Source: Nemertoderma westbladi (lineage: Eukaryota; Animalia; Xenacoelomorpha). From it: a stretch of 64,000 nucleotides of DNA. The notes beneath the pieces were generated by a model, which did not search any database, was not told where the DNA came from, and was given only the letters and a program-made list of their open reading frames with translations. This document shows, piece after piece, positions 25,949 to 38,794 of the stretch. The DNA is taken from the NCBI GenBank assembly GCA_032718475.1, contig JAUCBJ010002698.1, positions 1,708-65,707 on the forward strand. The letters are read 5' to 3'. Positions within the stretch are counted from its first letter, which is position 1. Every line of letters begins with the position of its first letter. A program made the position numbers and the translations under genes.

Positions 25949-27424
25949 TACTACTACTAGGATCGGCATGCTGCATTGCAGCTGGATTTTTAAGAATGCT
26001 GTGCCGGCTTATCGACAAACTTGCACCGCCACAACTCCCTATCACCCATGACATTTGCTAGATCATCCGCATCTTCAAGGCCAGTGTCCTTTAAGATGCG
26101 TCTCAAGAAAGTCATGGGCTGTCCACCATGCTTATTCACTCCATGAGGCTGCCAAAGTACAAGATTATGCACTGGCTGGTCCTCACGGCGAAAGCAATGT
26201 CCTGCAAAGCGGAGGCGATTTTGTTCTAGTGTCAAGCTTGGGGGAACCAATGAGACACCTCCAATGTTATATAGTGTCTGGTTGGAGATGTGTGCATTGT
26301 ACTTGACACAACGAACACGGCGTAGCATTCTTGTGAATGTGCCATCCAGAGATTTGGTGTCCTCAGCAGTTAGAGCCCAGCATGGACACCCGTAGAGGAG
26401 TACTGGAACTACTGCTGCTCTAAATAATCGAACCTTAAGTTTCCGATTAATTCTCGGTGACTTCCAAATCCTGGAAAGCCTATTCAAGGCTGCCCATGCC
26501 TTTCCCTTACGTATTCGAAGGTCCTCACCTGACTTCCGGATCCATGATCCCAGGTAACAGAAGTCGTCCACATGCTCAAGCATGCCATCCTTTGAGCTTA
26601 TGCTCATCCGACCAGAGACTTGCTGAGGACTTTCAAAGTTAACTGTCAGAATTTTGGTCTTTCTGGAGTTAATAAAAATACCAACACTAGAAGCAGCATG
26701 TTCTAATGAGCTGAGGAGCCGTTGGGCTCCCTCTAATGATTCTGAGAGTACTCCTAAGTCATCAGCAAAGTCTAGATCAGTTACGTACTTGGCAGAATTT
26801 CCTCGACTTCTGGAGCCAGTAGGTGGAGTTATCATCACCCCATCATCATTATAATGATCTAAGGACATGCGTAGAACATAGTCAACCACAATAATGAACA
26901 AGAATGGTGCAAGTGTGTCTCCCTGGATGACGCCCCATAACACTTCAAATGGTTCTGTGTCACCGTCAACAGTAGACACAAATGTTGTCGAAACATCGTA
27001 TACTAATCTGATTGCTGCAATAATTTCATCAGGGATCCCATATAATGAAAGTATGCTGAACATACGTGAGTGAGAGACTGAATCAAAGGCCTTGAAGAAG
27101 TCAACAAAGATAACAGCCAGATGCCTGTCTTTCTTTTTTGATAACTCTTCAATTATCCTTCTAAGTGCCAAAATGGGCTCCATGGTCCCACGACCTTTAC
27201 GGAACCCATTCTGATTTCCACGGAGCAGTCTCTCAATGGGATCCCTGATGCGATTTAATGGAATCCTATTGTATAGCTTTGCAGCAATCGAGTTCAATGA
27301 GATTCCCCGAAAAGAACCATAGAGTGTTAGGTTGCCCTTCTTGGGAACTGGCACCAACTTATTTGTTTTCATTTCTTGTGGGACTCTTGTTGTTCGGTAC
27401 ATGTCTACTATGATGGGGTAGATG
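25949..27424 (-). mobile_element. RTE-clade LINE family A: 3' half (RT and (TAG)n tail)
   Basis: 470-aa ORF with QNGFRKGR, FVDFFKAFDS, QGDTLAPFLF, DFADDL, FCYLGS, RLRFAGH. Tail CCTAGTAGTAGTA. Confidence 0.95.
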
Positions 27425-28212
27425 TGTAGATGGGTCAGCCGTGTACTTTGGGCTACCTTTAGGTTTGGACAACTTTAAGGCCAACAGACTCCGAATAACT
27501 GAGTCAGATTCATCCTTTTTAGTCCGGCAGTAATTGAGTAGTTCGGAAATAACAGTTGTTGATGTTATTATACAGTTATGAGTTGCTCGCAACCATGATG
27601 GTAGTGGAAGAGGGACACCCTCATAGGAAAGGTGAACATGAAGGTCGTCATCAATAGTGAGACATTCGTGTACCGAAGGAATGCCTAAACTAAAGATCAA
27701 CCTAAAGATCAACACGGAATTCTCATTGACTTTTACCTCGTACTCCTCAAACTCAATCGACGCCTCTAAATACAACCGGATATCAGTAAGAGACAAAACT
27801 CGAGTACTCTTACTGAACTCTTCCATCTCATCCCGCTGATACACTCGTTTCAAGGGTTTATTGCGTGACGGAGTTACTTGTTTTATAGAGGATACAGGGA
27901 TACAGGCCGGGTATATCGAAGGAAACGCACCGGATTTTAGCGTTAAACGTTGGGCATTCCTGTTGATCCATTGATCCTCAAAATGTAAAATACACACCTT
28001 GTTGCCTTGGAGTGATCAGATGGGGCCCATGGCGATGTCACTGTGGCAGACGATGTCGTTGTACTGGCTCTATTTGACATAAACTGGATCCAGGGCCGGC
28101 ACCGCACATCGGGTTGTTTCGGGAAACTAAACATTGAGGGAGTTACAGTTCCTGGCGAAGCTTCTGACGAATATCCCGACCTACACCCAACTACGCAACA
28201 CTTTCCAACCAT
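27425..28212 (-). pseudogene. THAP-domain (P-element-like) transposase N-terminal fragment
   Basis: MVGKCCVVGC...FSFPKQ...W...[frameshift]CILHF...LKSGAFPSI is the THAP C2CH/AVPTIF signature. Truncated at the RTE junction; no catalytic domain is present. Confidence 0.75.
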
Positions 28213-29095
28213 TATATATTTAGTTAAATACAGCAATATAAATTTAGCCTACTGGTAGTGTAATCAGGTAGGCCTAATAGAAGCCTAGCCTATAACAAAG
28301 AGGCAAAGACGGACAGACTGACGGTCAGACAGTGGACGGAGTGTATATGTCGCCCAACTGATGCCAAACTGTTCTGTAGATATAGTAAGTAGGCTAGGCA
28401 GGTAGGTACGGCGGTACGGGCCCTGTTGAAAAGTTTTATTTCCTGCGCCGAACACGGCGCCTGGTGCAAAAAATCTTGCGCCGGATCAGTGCGAAGCCAC
28501 GCCAGGTGGGGGTGGCCCGGTGCACAAAATCCTGCGCCGGCTCTGTGAAATGCTCAGCCAGGCTGCCTGGTGTAAAAAAAAGTATTAATAATTAGGCCTA
28601 CCGATAATACAGTAATAATACAATAGGCAGATAGGCCCTAATACAGTAATAAAAATATTTCGACGCCGGCCACCGGCTGCGCCGACAGGCAGAGTGCAGC
28701 ATCTCTATTACAGTATTATTGCTGTATGGCCAATACAGCATATTATTGCAAATTATGCAATAATAACACTAGGCCTACACAGAAATAATACAGTAATACA
28801 TAATAGACTACAGGACCGAGGCTATCAGATACCGGTAACTACTGAACTAACTGACTAACAGTGAGTGACAGTACAGCAGTACAGTTGTAGGCATAAAACA
28901 TAATAAAGGACAGACAAGCGATAGCGTAGAGAACTCCTGATTTCTCTTTAATTAATTTCTTTATTTAACTAAGTTATTAGAAGCTTCTTGTAGGAAGTAA
29001 TTAAGAAACAGCCATTATTTATAAAGAGAATCAAGTAGGCCCACTAAATTTTGTGGGCTGCTGCAGCATACCAGGTCGTATTATAATAGGTCATG

Positions 29096-30723
29096 GCGCA
29101 ATTCTAATTTATTACGCAATGGGTCACACTAGTAACAGCCTAAATACCGTATTATTTTTGACCTAATCAGTAATTAATTATCATAAACCAAGAAATAGAA
29201 ATCAATCAGGGGGAAAAAGGGCGCCTATCTAAGTATTCATGAATTTATCAGGCACACTTTAACAACACACCAATCAGCGTAACAATCAATAATTAATACT
29301 TACCAATTTATAGTTCCTAATTAGGAGCTCGCTTGACAGCGCGATACTTACTGTAAGAATCTCAGGGATACTTTCTGTAAAAATCTCAGGATAGATTACA
29401 CTGACTGACTGACTGACATACTGACTGATAATTATCTAGGTTAAGGCACTTCCTGCCTGGCGATTTTGATGAAATTTTGCAAGTACATTGCTTTGGTGGT
29501 TCATAATCGCGTTACAAAATTTCAGATCGATTCTATGTGTGGTATTCGATATATTTAGTTTTTTGTCATTGTTTTGTCGCGAAATTAAAAGCAATGGTAA
29601 AATAACAGCTGGTGTTCATGATGAAATATGGCTTAATATGTTATACACAGTCATAGAAAAACGTGTTGGTTGCCAAGTTTTACTAGTAGGCTATAAGGAA
29701 AGGCAATGTTTACTCACACATAAGCTGTTGGTTTCTAATGTATTACCCCATAAGCTGATTGCTCTCCCAGTGCTTCCTAAGGGTATATCTACAATAAGGT
29801 TACTCACTCTGCTATGTTAGGGGGTGGATCAGGATAATAAATTTTAGTTACACAAAGCAGTGTGTTGTGTCCTATTGCAGTCGATACTCACTGTGGATTG
29901 CAAAATGTTTTATAGTTGACCTACACTATAATACAGTAGTTGCATGTATTTAAGGAGCCCGCTCTGGCCTACCGCCTAAGGAGTACCTATATTACATATT
30001 CACATAAAATTCACTGGGAAGAGATATTCTGCTTGACGACGGGGTAATACCTATAGAAGGAAATTAAATTTGTTATTTGGCTCTATTCGTTGTTATTTAT
30101 CTGGTTGTGCATCATGGGCATTTTTTATAAATATTCGGTAATCGCATTTTATATCTTGTAAACGTTCTTGATAATGAAATTATTTGCTTCATATTATATT
30201 TTTGTTAGTGGTAGCTAAGTTGCATTTTTTATTATGTGGGGCGAGCCACAAAGTCAGCTAGCCTCACGCCTTGCAGTTTAGACAATTTTAGTTTACTTAC
30301 TGCTGACTGACATAGTTCTTTGTAATAGTCTTGGCTAGGATTTTTCCCCCGGGCTCCTTCCAGCAAGCTTGCTGGCTTTCTAGCATACAATTCACAATCA
30401 GCATTCAGCAATTCACGGTTCACAACTCGCAATCTACAGTTCACAGTGCAGTTCGCAATGTAAAGCACGAAGGCCTCTCCCATCCCGGGTACATGCAGGC
30501 TTCCTAATTAACCCAATCCCTGTCCCCCTAACACTACAAAATAGAGACAAAATCTGGATCATCAGCCCCTTAATTACTGTACCAGCGAGCTGTCTTCTCT
30601 CTACACTGCCAACCTTCCAACCGCAACGGTGACCCCCTGCCAGCGTGCTGTCCTTTGAATCCTCCGCACTCCCTTCGTTGCTAACCCCCCGATGCGCCCG
30701 CCGCGCCTACCGGTACCTTAGCC
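29096..30723 (+). repeat. Dispersed repeat X, copy 1 (long form)
   Basis: 29096-29321 and 30385-30723 match 51979-52538 closely. Copy 2 lacks the ~1.06-kb middle. Followed by (CCTTAA)n. Confidence 0.85.
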
Positions 30724-30749
30724 TTAACCTTAACCTTACGGTTACCGGT

Positions 30750-31408
30750 AACCTTATGGTTATTTTCCAGCTCTTACGACTGTATAGGTCGGCACTAATG
30801 GGTTCTGATGCCGGCACAAGAAACTCTGGATTCTGCATTAGCAAATGATTCGGCGTTAATGCAACACTGTCTGGCAACATAGCTATCGGCCTCAAGTTTA
30901 GTGTATGCTCGATTTCAATGAAAGCTGTCACCAGCTCGTCGTCGGTAAGTTGTTTGTTTACAGGCATTGTTTTAGCAATGGCCTGCTTTATAGAGCGAAC
31001 TGAACGCTCCCAACTTCCTCCTCTCCAAGGACTTTCTGGAGTGTTAAATCTCCACTCCACTCTTTGTGGCAAAAGTGCTGCAGAAATTTCTCTATTCTGC
31101 GCCGCCCTATGAGCCGCGTTCAACTCGCTATTCCCTCCGACAAAGTTTGTACCCTTGTCGGAGTAGAATGCCTTTACTAGTCCTCTCCTGGCCATAAATC
31201 TCTTTAAGGCCAGGAGTAGAGATTTGGTCGACATGTCTGCCACACGCTCTATATGTATGGCTCTACAGGACATACATATCAGTAGCAGGCCCCATCTCTT
31301 GTGGGTCAGCCGTCCACTCTTTGCCTCAATCAGACCAAAGCAGTCCACCCCTGTATTTGTAAAGGGTGGGTCATATGCCTGCACTCTCGCTTATGGGAGT
31401 TCAGCCAT
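30750..31408 (-). pseudogene. BEL 2 integrase core
   Basis: PPFTNTGVDCFG, CRAIHIE, SDKGTNFVG, GGSWERSV, LNLRP, LTPNHLL. Joins ...EQEMA at 35706 across the GCCAT TSD. Confidence 0.9.
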
Positions 31409-31955
31409 TGTGACGGGATCCACGGAGGATCCCGGTTTATCCGGTTTTCAATCTACGCGTCCCCGCCGTGTGTGAAAGGTGAAAGAGTTTATTGATCGTT
31501 GTATATAGTTCTCCGGGTATAATAGTATAAGATGAAATAATATGACACAGAATATAGGATATAATATTGGTAGTAAACGGAAGACGGGTGACGGTAATTA
31601 AAGTTCCGGTACTACCCTAGCTAAACTAACCTAACTATGCACTTACTAAATGATTGCTGTACTGATAATATATATTGCACGGTTGGCCGAGTTACATTAC
31701 TCAGCCGGTGCCTTCCCCCCATTGGCTAATAACCCTGTTGTCGCCCTTTTACCTCCCCTGAAGTGCTCCTCTTTGCCCCTGCTATTCTCTCTCTCTCAGG
31801 GGTATAACCCCTGACCCCTATTGTGCGTGTGTTCTCTGGGGTTTCTCCTTCCCACTTTGTTGGGGTGACACGAGGTTGATTGATCACCCTCGTGTTTCCC
31901 AATATTGCATAAACCTCACTTTATGGGTTGGTTAGCGGAATTGAATAAGCTAACA
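31409..31955 (-). repeat. 3' LTR of the pol-less element
   Basis: Direct repeat of 35159-35705, adjacent to the PPT. Confidence 0.95.
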
Positions 31956-32681
31956 CTCCCCCCCATGCTATCTTCCCGGTGAGAAGATAGCATCCACCTT
32001 CAGTGCGCTACAATTCCGCTGGATCCCGATCTAGTATCGGGTGTGGGGTGGGTCTGTTTTTTCTCGGAGTCGGCTTTCCAGGCCGCTCCCTATGGGTACA
32101 ATAATGCTACCCCGCCTTGGTACAACTCTACCTATCTTGTACCAAGGCATGTGGCGTCCCGTGTTGGGATGATCGTGCGCTCCTCTCACACAATTTTGCT
32201 TTCCCAACGCTTTTGCCCCAACTCTCCTCCACTCTCACCCCAACTCTTACATGCTCTCGGTCCTCCCCGTCCCACACTCTGCCTCTTGCTTCTCCCGCCC
32301 CACACTTGAATTGCGCCCACACTCTTTCCACACTCCGCACTACCACCTCTTGCTCGACCCCTCCTCTCACTCACTCACTCCTTCTGACGAGTCTCACCCC
32401 CCCTCCTGTGCCGTCGCACTCAAGAAGTGTGAAATCGTCTAGTGTCTCGTCCATAGTGCCATAGTCACTTGGCCCCCCGTCCCACTAGCTAGTTGAGAAA
32501 GGTTGTATGACCATAGTACTTACTTATAATATACACGAATATATATTTTGTCGCTAGGTTACTGATTTGCTACGTACGTAAATACAAATTGCACTTATTT
32601 AATTATTTTAGATTACTTGAATTTGTATTTAAGAGTTTGCACGTTTCACGTGGTGCCTTCCAGGCACACTACTTTGAAGTC

Positions 32682-35043
32682 TCAATTTGTCCCGCCTGAC
32701 TTTGGGAACCATCTCAGGTCTTTCCCCCTGTCGTCCTCCTCCCTTGGTCGTTTCCTGGCTGCTGCCGCTCCCTTGGCCTTATCTCCCTTCAGGCCCCTGA
32801 CCTTCGCCGTCACCTCCTTGCTGATCCCGGTCGTCGGCTCCTTGGGCGCTGGTGTTATCAGTTCCCGGTATCGCTTCGCGGGTGGCCCCTCCGAGTGACC
32901 CTGCTGTCTCCCCCTGGTGGCGTCCAATAAGATCGTTTTCATTGCCCGCGGCACATGCTTCACCAAGAAATCCCTGAACTCCCTCGTTTCTGTGGCGTCC
33001 ACCTGTCCAAATACCTTTGCGTATTTATCACCCCGGCATACGACGCCGCCGTTGCTACTTCCTGATAGGTAAACGGAAGTCTCCGTTTGATGATCTCCAA
33101 GTGAGCCTCCTGATTAATACTGAAGAAGCCCCACCTGAATTTGTGGGCGTCATACGTTGCCGTGTCATGGCCCCGACGTCGGCCCACTCCTCGAAGATTC
33201 TGAACTTCTCTTCGTCGTCCATCCAGTCGCACTGGCGTCCGTAGTGTCCCCAAAAGTTGCACTTCGAACATCGGTTGTGCAACCGTGGACATGCCCCCAT
33301 CCTGTGGCTCGACTCGCGGCAATAGAGACAACTAGTCCCTTTCTGGAACCGGTACAAACAGCTTCTTTCCTGGTGGGTCTGTCTCCCACAGTAGTCGCAG
33401 CCGAGTACAAATGTCTCCCGCCCCACGTCGTCTTTCGGCCCAAGTGATCTCCGCGGTCTGTGGAGTCGCTGTTGAGCAAACTTTTGGACGTTAGCGTCCC
33501 TGTTCACGTCGATCTCCTCGCCCCTCCCGGGCATCGTCTCCCCGAATACTACCCGTGGTGCCGTCCCCGGTTGCTCGCCCAACCTGATGGTGCTCCCCGC
33601 GAAATCCATCGCCGGCTCCTCATGCACCCAGGCCCGCTTGCTGGGTCTATCCCAGAAGGCTCTCGCCCCACTGGCCATCACCACCCTCCCGCCAACCCAG
33701 TCCGTGTCCGAGTGGCCCAACCTTCCGATGGGCGGCATCTCCCTGAACTCATCGTCATCCTCGTCCTCCTCCGGGAGTGGCTCCAACCCCAGTATCCCGG
33801 TGGATCCACTGTGTCCCTTCCCACCTTGGCTCTCGCCCATCCTTTCCACCCCTCTAGCTCTCCTAGCCTCCTTAACGGGTGATCGCCCTCGGTGCCCGCT
33901 GGTATGGGCATCCCCTGCAACCCCGATGTCGACTGTTCCGGTGATCCCACCGTCCATCCTAACTCTCGCCCTAGAGACTCCCCCGAACTCCCTGACGACG
34001 TCCAACGAAGTTCGTCTAAGGCCGCCTGCTCCTCGAAGCCATAGCTCTGCGCCCTAGCTTCCTCCTCCCTTTCTTCCACCTCTCTTTTCTCCTGTCTAGC
34101 GATTTCTTCCAATCGCTTCGCTTCCCGTCTATCTGCTTCTAGCTGCTCCCATCTTTGGTATGGCATATCTATCTCCCCGTCTACCAGATGTCGGTAGTTG
34201 TAATACACCGACTCGCCCTTCAGCCCCGGGTGGTCTACCAGACCCTCGAAAGCCGTCTTAAAGGCTCTTCTGTAGTTCAGGGGTGATCCTGATAGCAGGA
34301 ATGCCGTTGGTTCTTTCCCAACGACGACGGTCATGAATAGGTTTAGTAAACCCACCATTATCCAGTCCTCCTGCAGGATATATCGCTTCTGTACTAGCGA
34401 CTAAGTATGGCCCTATGTACACTACACTAGGCTGCATACCCCTACACTCCCATAAATCAGACAGTTCGCTGGCAACCCCTCTCGCTCTCTCCTCGGCTAG
34501 TTCTCTCTGCCCAAAGTGCATTAGGTAGTTAAAGTGTTCGTTCGACTCACCTAGTCGCCTTTTCAACTTCACCTCGTTTATCTGGGCCCCCTCTTTGGCC
34601 TCCTTAAGTAGTTTCCGGGTCGCGTTGTAGGCCCATCGAAGTCGATCGCTAACCCCGACGTCCTCGTCGCCGACGTCTCCTCTATCTCTCCGGGTCCGGC
34701 ATCGTACCGGCGGCCCCACCGTCGCCGTTCCGGTGGGCCATCCATCGCCCTCGGCCTGTGGCTGGCCGACGACATCGGTACGTCGACCCTCGCTCCGTGT
34801 CGACTCGTCTTTCTCCTCTCCCATCTCGTCTCCTCCTTCTCTCGACTCGCTTTCCGGTTGTAGACGGCCCCCCTCATCTTGGATCGCCGGGTCGCCCGTT
34901 ATCGACGTGGCGTCGACCGGTGTCGACGTGGTCGACGTGGTATCGACCGGCGTCGTGGGTCCATACCATCTTGTCACGGCCTCGCGGATCATTAGGTCTC
35001 CGTCCGGGGTCTGCGGCGGTGTCGTTTCTCCTGATCGACTCAT
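32682..35043 (-). pseudogene. Frameshifted ~790-aa triple-zinc-knuckle protein, sole gene of the pol-less element
   Basis: Overlapping ORFs starting at 35043, 34358, 34005, 33331 and 33002 tile the interior. Knuckles CDYCGRQTHQERSC, CLYCRESSHRMGAC, CSKCNFWGHYGRQC are followed by FEEWADVGAMTRQR / RWGFFSIN. Confidence 0.75.
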
Positions 35044-35158
35044 CTTATTAGGGTGGCAATTGGTCTTTAATTACTGTGGTAGCAGTTAACTAGGGTAGCA
35101 GCTCCGATTTAATTACTTGCGGATTTAATTACTAGGGCAGCAGTTGGTCTTTAATTAC

Positions 35159-35705
35159 TGTGACGGGATCCACGGAGGATCCCGGTTTATCCGGTTTTCA
35201 ATCTACGCATCCCCGCCGTGTGTGAAAGGTGAAAGAGTTTATTGATCGTTGTATATAGTTCTCCGGGTATAATAGTATAAGATGAAATAATATGACACAG
35301 AATATAGGATATAATATTGGTAGTAAACGGAAGATGGGTGACGGTAATTAAAGTTCCGGTACTACCCTAGCTAAACTAACCTAACTATGCACTGACTAAA
35401 TGATTGCTGTACTGATAATATATATTGTACGGTTGGCCGAGTTACATTACTCAGCCGGTGCCTTCCCCCCATTGGCTAATAACCCTGTTGTCGCCCTTTT
35501 ACCTCCCCTGAAGTGCTCCCCTTCGCCCCTGCTATTCTCTCTCTCTCAGGGGTGTAACCCCTGACCCCTATTGTGCGTGTGTTCTCTGGGGTTTCTCCTT
35601 TCCACTTTGTTGGGGTGACATGAGGTTGATTGATCACCCTCGTGTTTCCCAATATTGCTTAAACCTCACTTTATGGGTTGGTTAGCGGAATTGAATAAGC
35701 TAACA
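35159..35705 (-). repeat. 5' LTR of the pol-less element, with a TATA/Inr promoter
   Basis: Minus-strand TATATA at ~35424 and TCAGT initiator at 35395-35391, about 30 nt apart. Confidence 0.9.
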
Positions 35706-36182
35706 GCCATCTCCTGTTCCAATACTCTGGCGTTCACTCTCTTGCAAACCAGACAGGCATCGTACATAGTACCTACTGCCCTGCTTGGCTGCAATAGAAT
35801 GAATCGCTGTCTCGCTGCCGACAAACAGTGTAACTTTCCCGCGTGATGCAACCTCTTATGTATATCCCATAGAATCGCTCTTTGCAATTCTATTGGGTGA
35901 CTAGGGATTATCACTGGGAACCTAAACTGTGAGTTTATGTCGACAGTCTGGATTCTCGATCTATGACAAATCAAACCCTTATGGATTAATGGGCTCCATT
36001 TTCTAAGGGGTTTATAGAGAACTGGTCATTGAGCTGATAATAGATCGAATTCTTTTGGGAAGGCACACATTTGATAATGCTTCAAATGCTTTAATTCCGC
36101 TTGATCAATCTCATCCTCTGTCAGAGGTTGTTTCAATTTGTGCGAAATCCAGGCCGGTTCTGTAAAAACTGTTCTTTTTCAT

Positions 36183-37675
36183 TGTTTTAAAATCTTTCTT
36201 ACTTAATAACAATAATAAACTGATTAGCATTTAGGTAAATATGATAATTATAGTTAATAATATAATCAGGCAGTCAGCCATATGTATAGAAAAAATATGT
36301 GGTACTAAAATATTACTTCAATCCTAAATACAGTATAAAATTTATCTGTAATTTAGGACATACTCCCGCCACCGAACAAATAAACGCTTCTAGCTAAATC
36401 ATTAGGCTCTATAAAAATTAATATTTTCAAATTATATATATATATAGCCTTTGTCGAAATAACATGCAAAACAAAATGAACCATATAATGCAACAAAATA
36501 ATATTTGGTATAAAATATTTCTCAACGGGATAATCAATCATATACTACTTTCACTCTCAGACTCAGATTCATTTCATATCGTACTGATTCGTTGTTGGGC
36601 TTCAGTAGCCGCCTGGCGTTGTGGACGCTCTGATCTTACTGGGGGCTCTGGTTGAACGAGAGTGCCGGTAGTTGTTTGATCAAGGGGGCCGAGTTCAATA
36701 TTGTCCGTTTCTAGAGGATACAACTTCCGTACAGGGCGTACTAGTGTTCCTAACTGTGTACGTAGGAAGACAGATCGTACCCATCCATCCTTACCGGGGT
36801 GTAAGGTGATCACACGACCAAGGGACCATTTAGAACGTGGTAAATGCGGATTATGTATTTGTACGATGTCATTTAAACGAATTTCTGTGGTTGGAAATGG
36901 GTTGTCCCATCGATGGTACTCGCGCAATGCAGTGAGATATTCGTGGGACCAGCGATTTTGAAACGCTTGCAATAAGTTTTGTATGTACAATTGACGGCGA
37001 TTCAGTGTCGAATGTGGTACAAAGTCTGGATCATCAAGATCATCTCGCTCGATAATTCGATTTGGCAATGTGGTAATACGATGCCCAACCATTAATGTCG
37101 AGGGTGTAATGGGATTGAGGTCATCAATGTTAGAAGACACGTAGGTCAGTGGCCGCTCATTTAAAATAGCTTCAATTTCAATAACGACAGTCTGGAGCTC
37201 CTCCAATGAAATCAAGGCACGTCCCAATATCTTTTTCAAAATATCCTTTACCATTTTTATTAGTCTTTCCCAGAAGCCTCCATACCAAGGACTAGCTGGT
37301 GGGATCGTCTTCCAAATAGTCCTCTGATTAAGTAGGTAATCACGTACACCTGGATCATTCTATACCATTTTATAATATCATTTGCAGCAGTGAAGTTAGT
37401 TGCATTATCACTTAGTATCAAAGAAGGAGTAGAACGTCGCCCAATAAAACGTCGAAATGCAAAAAGGAAAGATTCCGCACTGGCATCTTTTGCTATTTCC
37501 AGATGTACAGCGCGTGAAGTCGCACAAGTAAACAAGACAATATAAACTTTAACTTGTTCATTACAATCTATTACAATGAGTCTACCAGTATAGTCTACAC
37601 CAGTAGTTTCAAATGGACTCGTTTTATTAACTCTAAAGCTAGGTAATGGAGGTGGAGGAGGTGTTGAGTGAATTT
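36183..37675 (-). mobile_element. BEL/Pao retrotransposon 3: integrase, PPT and short 3' LTR, nested in BEL 2
   Basis: PPPPLPSFRV...PFETTGVDYTG, SRAVHLE, SDNATNF, LNERPL, DGWVRSV. PPT GGCGGGAGTA|TGT at 36360. Putative LTR 36360-36183 ends AACA. The 5' part is missing. Confidence 0.85.
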
Positions 37676-37679
37676 GCTC

Positions 37680-38794
37680 ACCATTAGTGCTCATTTGTTC
37701 TCCTAAATGTTTCGAATGTTTTAAACAAAGGTACGAAACGTATCGGCTTAACCACGCAGTTCTTTTACAAATAGTCAGCCAAAAGGCAGACGAATTTAGT
37801 AATTTATCATAAATACTACATGGCTCTAATGCCAGCGACGGTTGCCCGCTAGCTAATGGAAGTTTCGAATCCAAACCCGCAGGTTTGGAAACCAAAGGCT
37901 CCATTGTGTCAGTCATTTTCTGTCCATCACCTACCAATTGTGACCCTTGTGTAGTCTGTAAGGGTGGTTTTATGTCATAACTTTCCCTCCCTGATCTAGT
38001 AGTCACATAAGTCAGTAGGTCTGACAGGTCTCCGGGCCGCTCCAATAACTCTTCAGGCCGCTCCAATGACTCTTCAGGCCGCTCCAATGACTTGAGTTTG
38101 GCTTTCGACTTAGACTTGGAGACTTTCTCCACTTTGACTTCTGCATCTTCAGGCATCGGATTGGTCACTATCTTCAGTCGCTCTGGCCAATGTTTCTGTG
38201 TCCTCGTCAGAAAATCAGGTCCATGCAACCAAAACTCCTGGGACTCCTCCTGACAGAATTCCGCCGGCATAGCACCTCTCGAAGTTATGTCGGCCGGGTT
38301 CAACATTCCCGGACAATGTCTCCATTGTTCCTTCGTCGAGAAGTCGACGATCTGAGCGTGTCTGTTGGCCACAAATGTCTTTAGTGCAATATTGTCGGCT
38401 GCAATGTATACTAACACTAAGGATGCGTCCGTCCAATAGAATAAGGTCAATGTCGTGTCTAACTCCTCTATTATCTGCTTACTTACCTCGACTGAGACTA
38501 CTGCCGCCTGCAACTCTGCACGAGGGACAGTCATGTATTCGACCGGCATTGTCTTTGATCTAGAAGTCACAAAGGCCGTCTCAAACTTGTCCTGACTTAC
38601 CTCTCGGCAAAGGTAGGCTACCATACCAAAGCCGGTGTCACTTGCGTCACTAAACAGGTGCAGTTCTAAATCAGCTGGAAATACCAGCTGATTCGGAAAG
38701 TAGGAGCGGGGTACATCTATATTTTTCAATAGATGCAACTCGGCTTCCCACTCTCTCCACTGCTTTGCATGTATAGGGGATATTGGCTCGTCCC
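37680..38794 (-). pseudogene. BEL 2 RNase H region
   Basis: FSDAS, TVPRAELQAA, YWTDAS, QWRHCPGMLNPADITSRG. Confidence 0.9.

Larger units (their letters stand above)
31409..35705 (-). mobile_element. Complete pol-less (non-autonomous) LTR retroelement, 4.3 kb
   Basis: Two 547-bp LTRs (31409-31955, 35159-35705) with TG...CA ends and about 10 differences. Perfect 5-bp TSD GCCAT. PPT GGGGGGGAG on the minus strand at 31964-31956. No RT, RNase H or integrase motifs inside. Confidence 0.95.

Noticed and set aside
27359-28236. Host THAP transcription-factor gene
   Set aside because: Intronless, frameshifted, truncated and embedded in TE debris. A transposase remnant is more parsimonious.
33017-35089. 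Plus-strand ORFs over the pol-less element, and other short antisense ORFs over gag/pol/RT regions
   Set aside because: Shadows of coding sequence on the opposite strand; no motifs.
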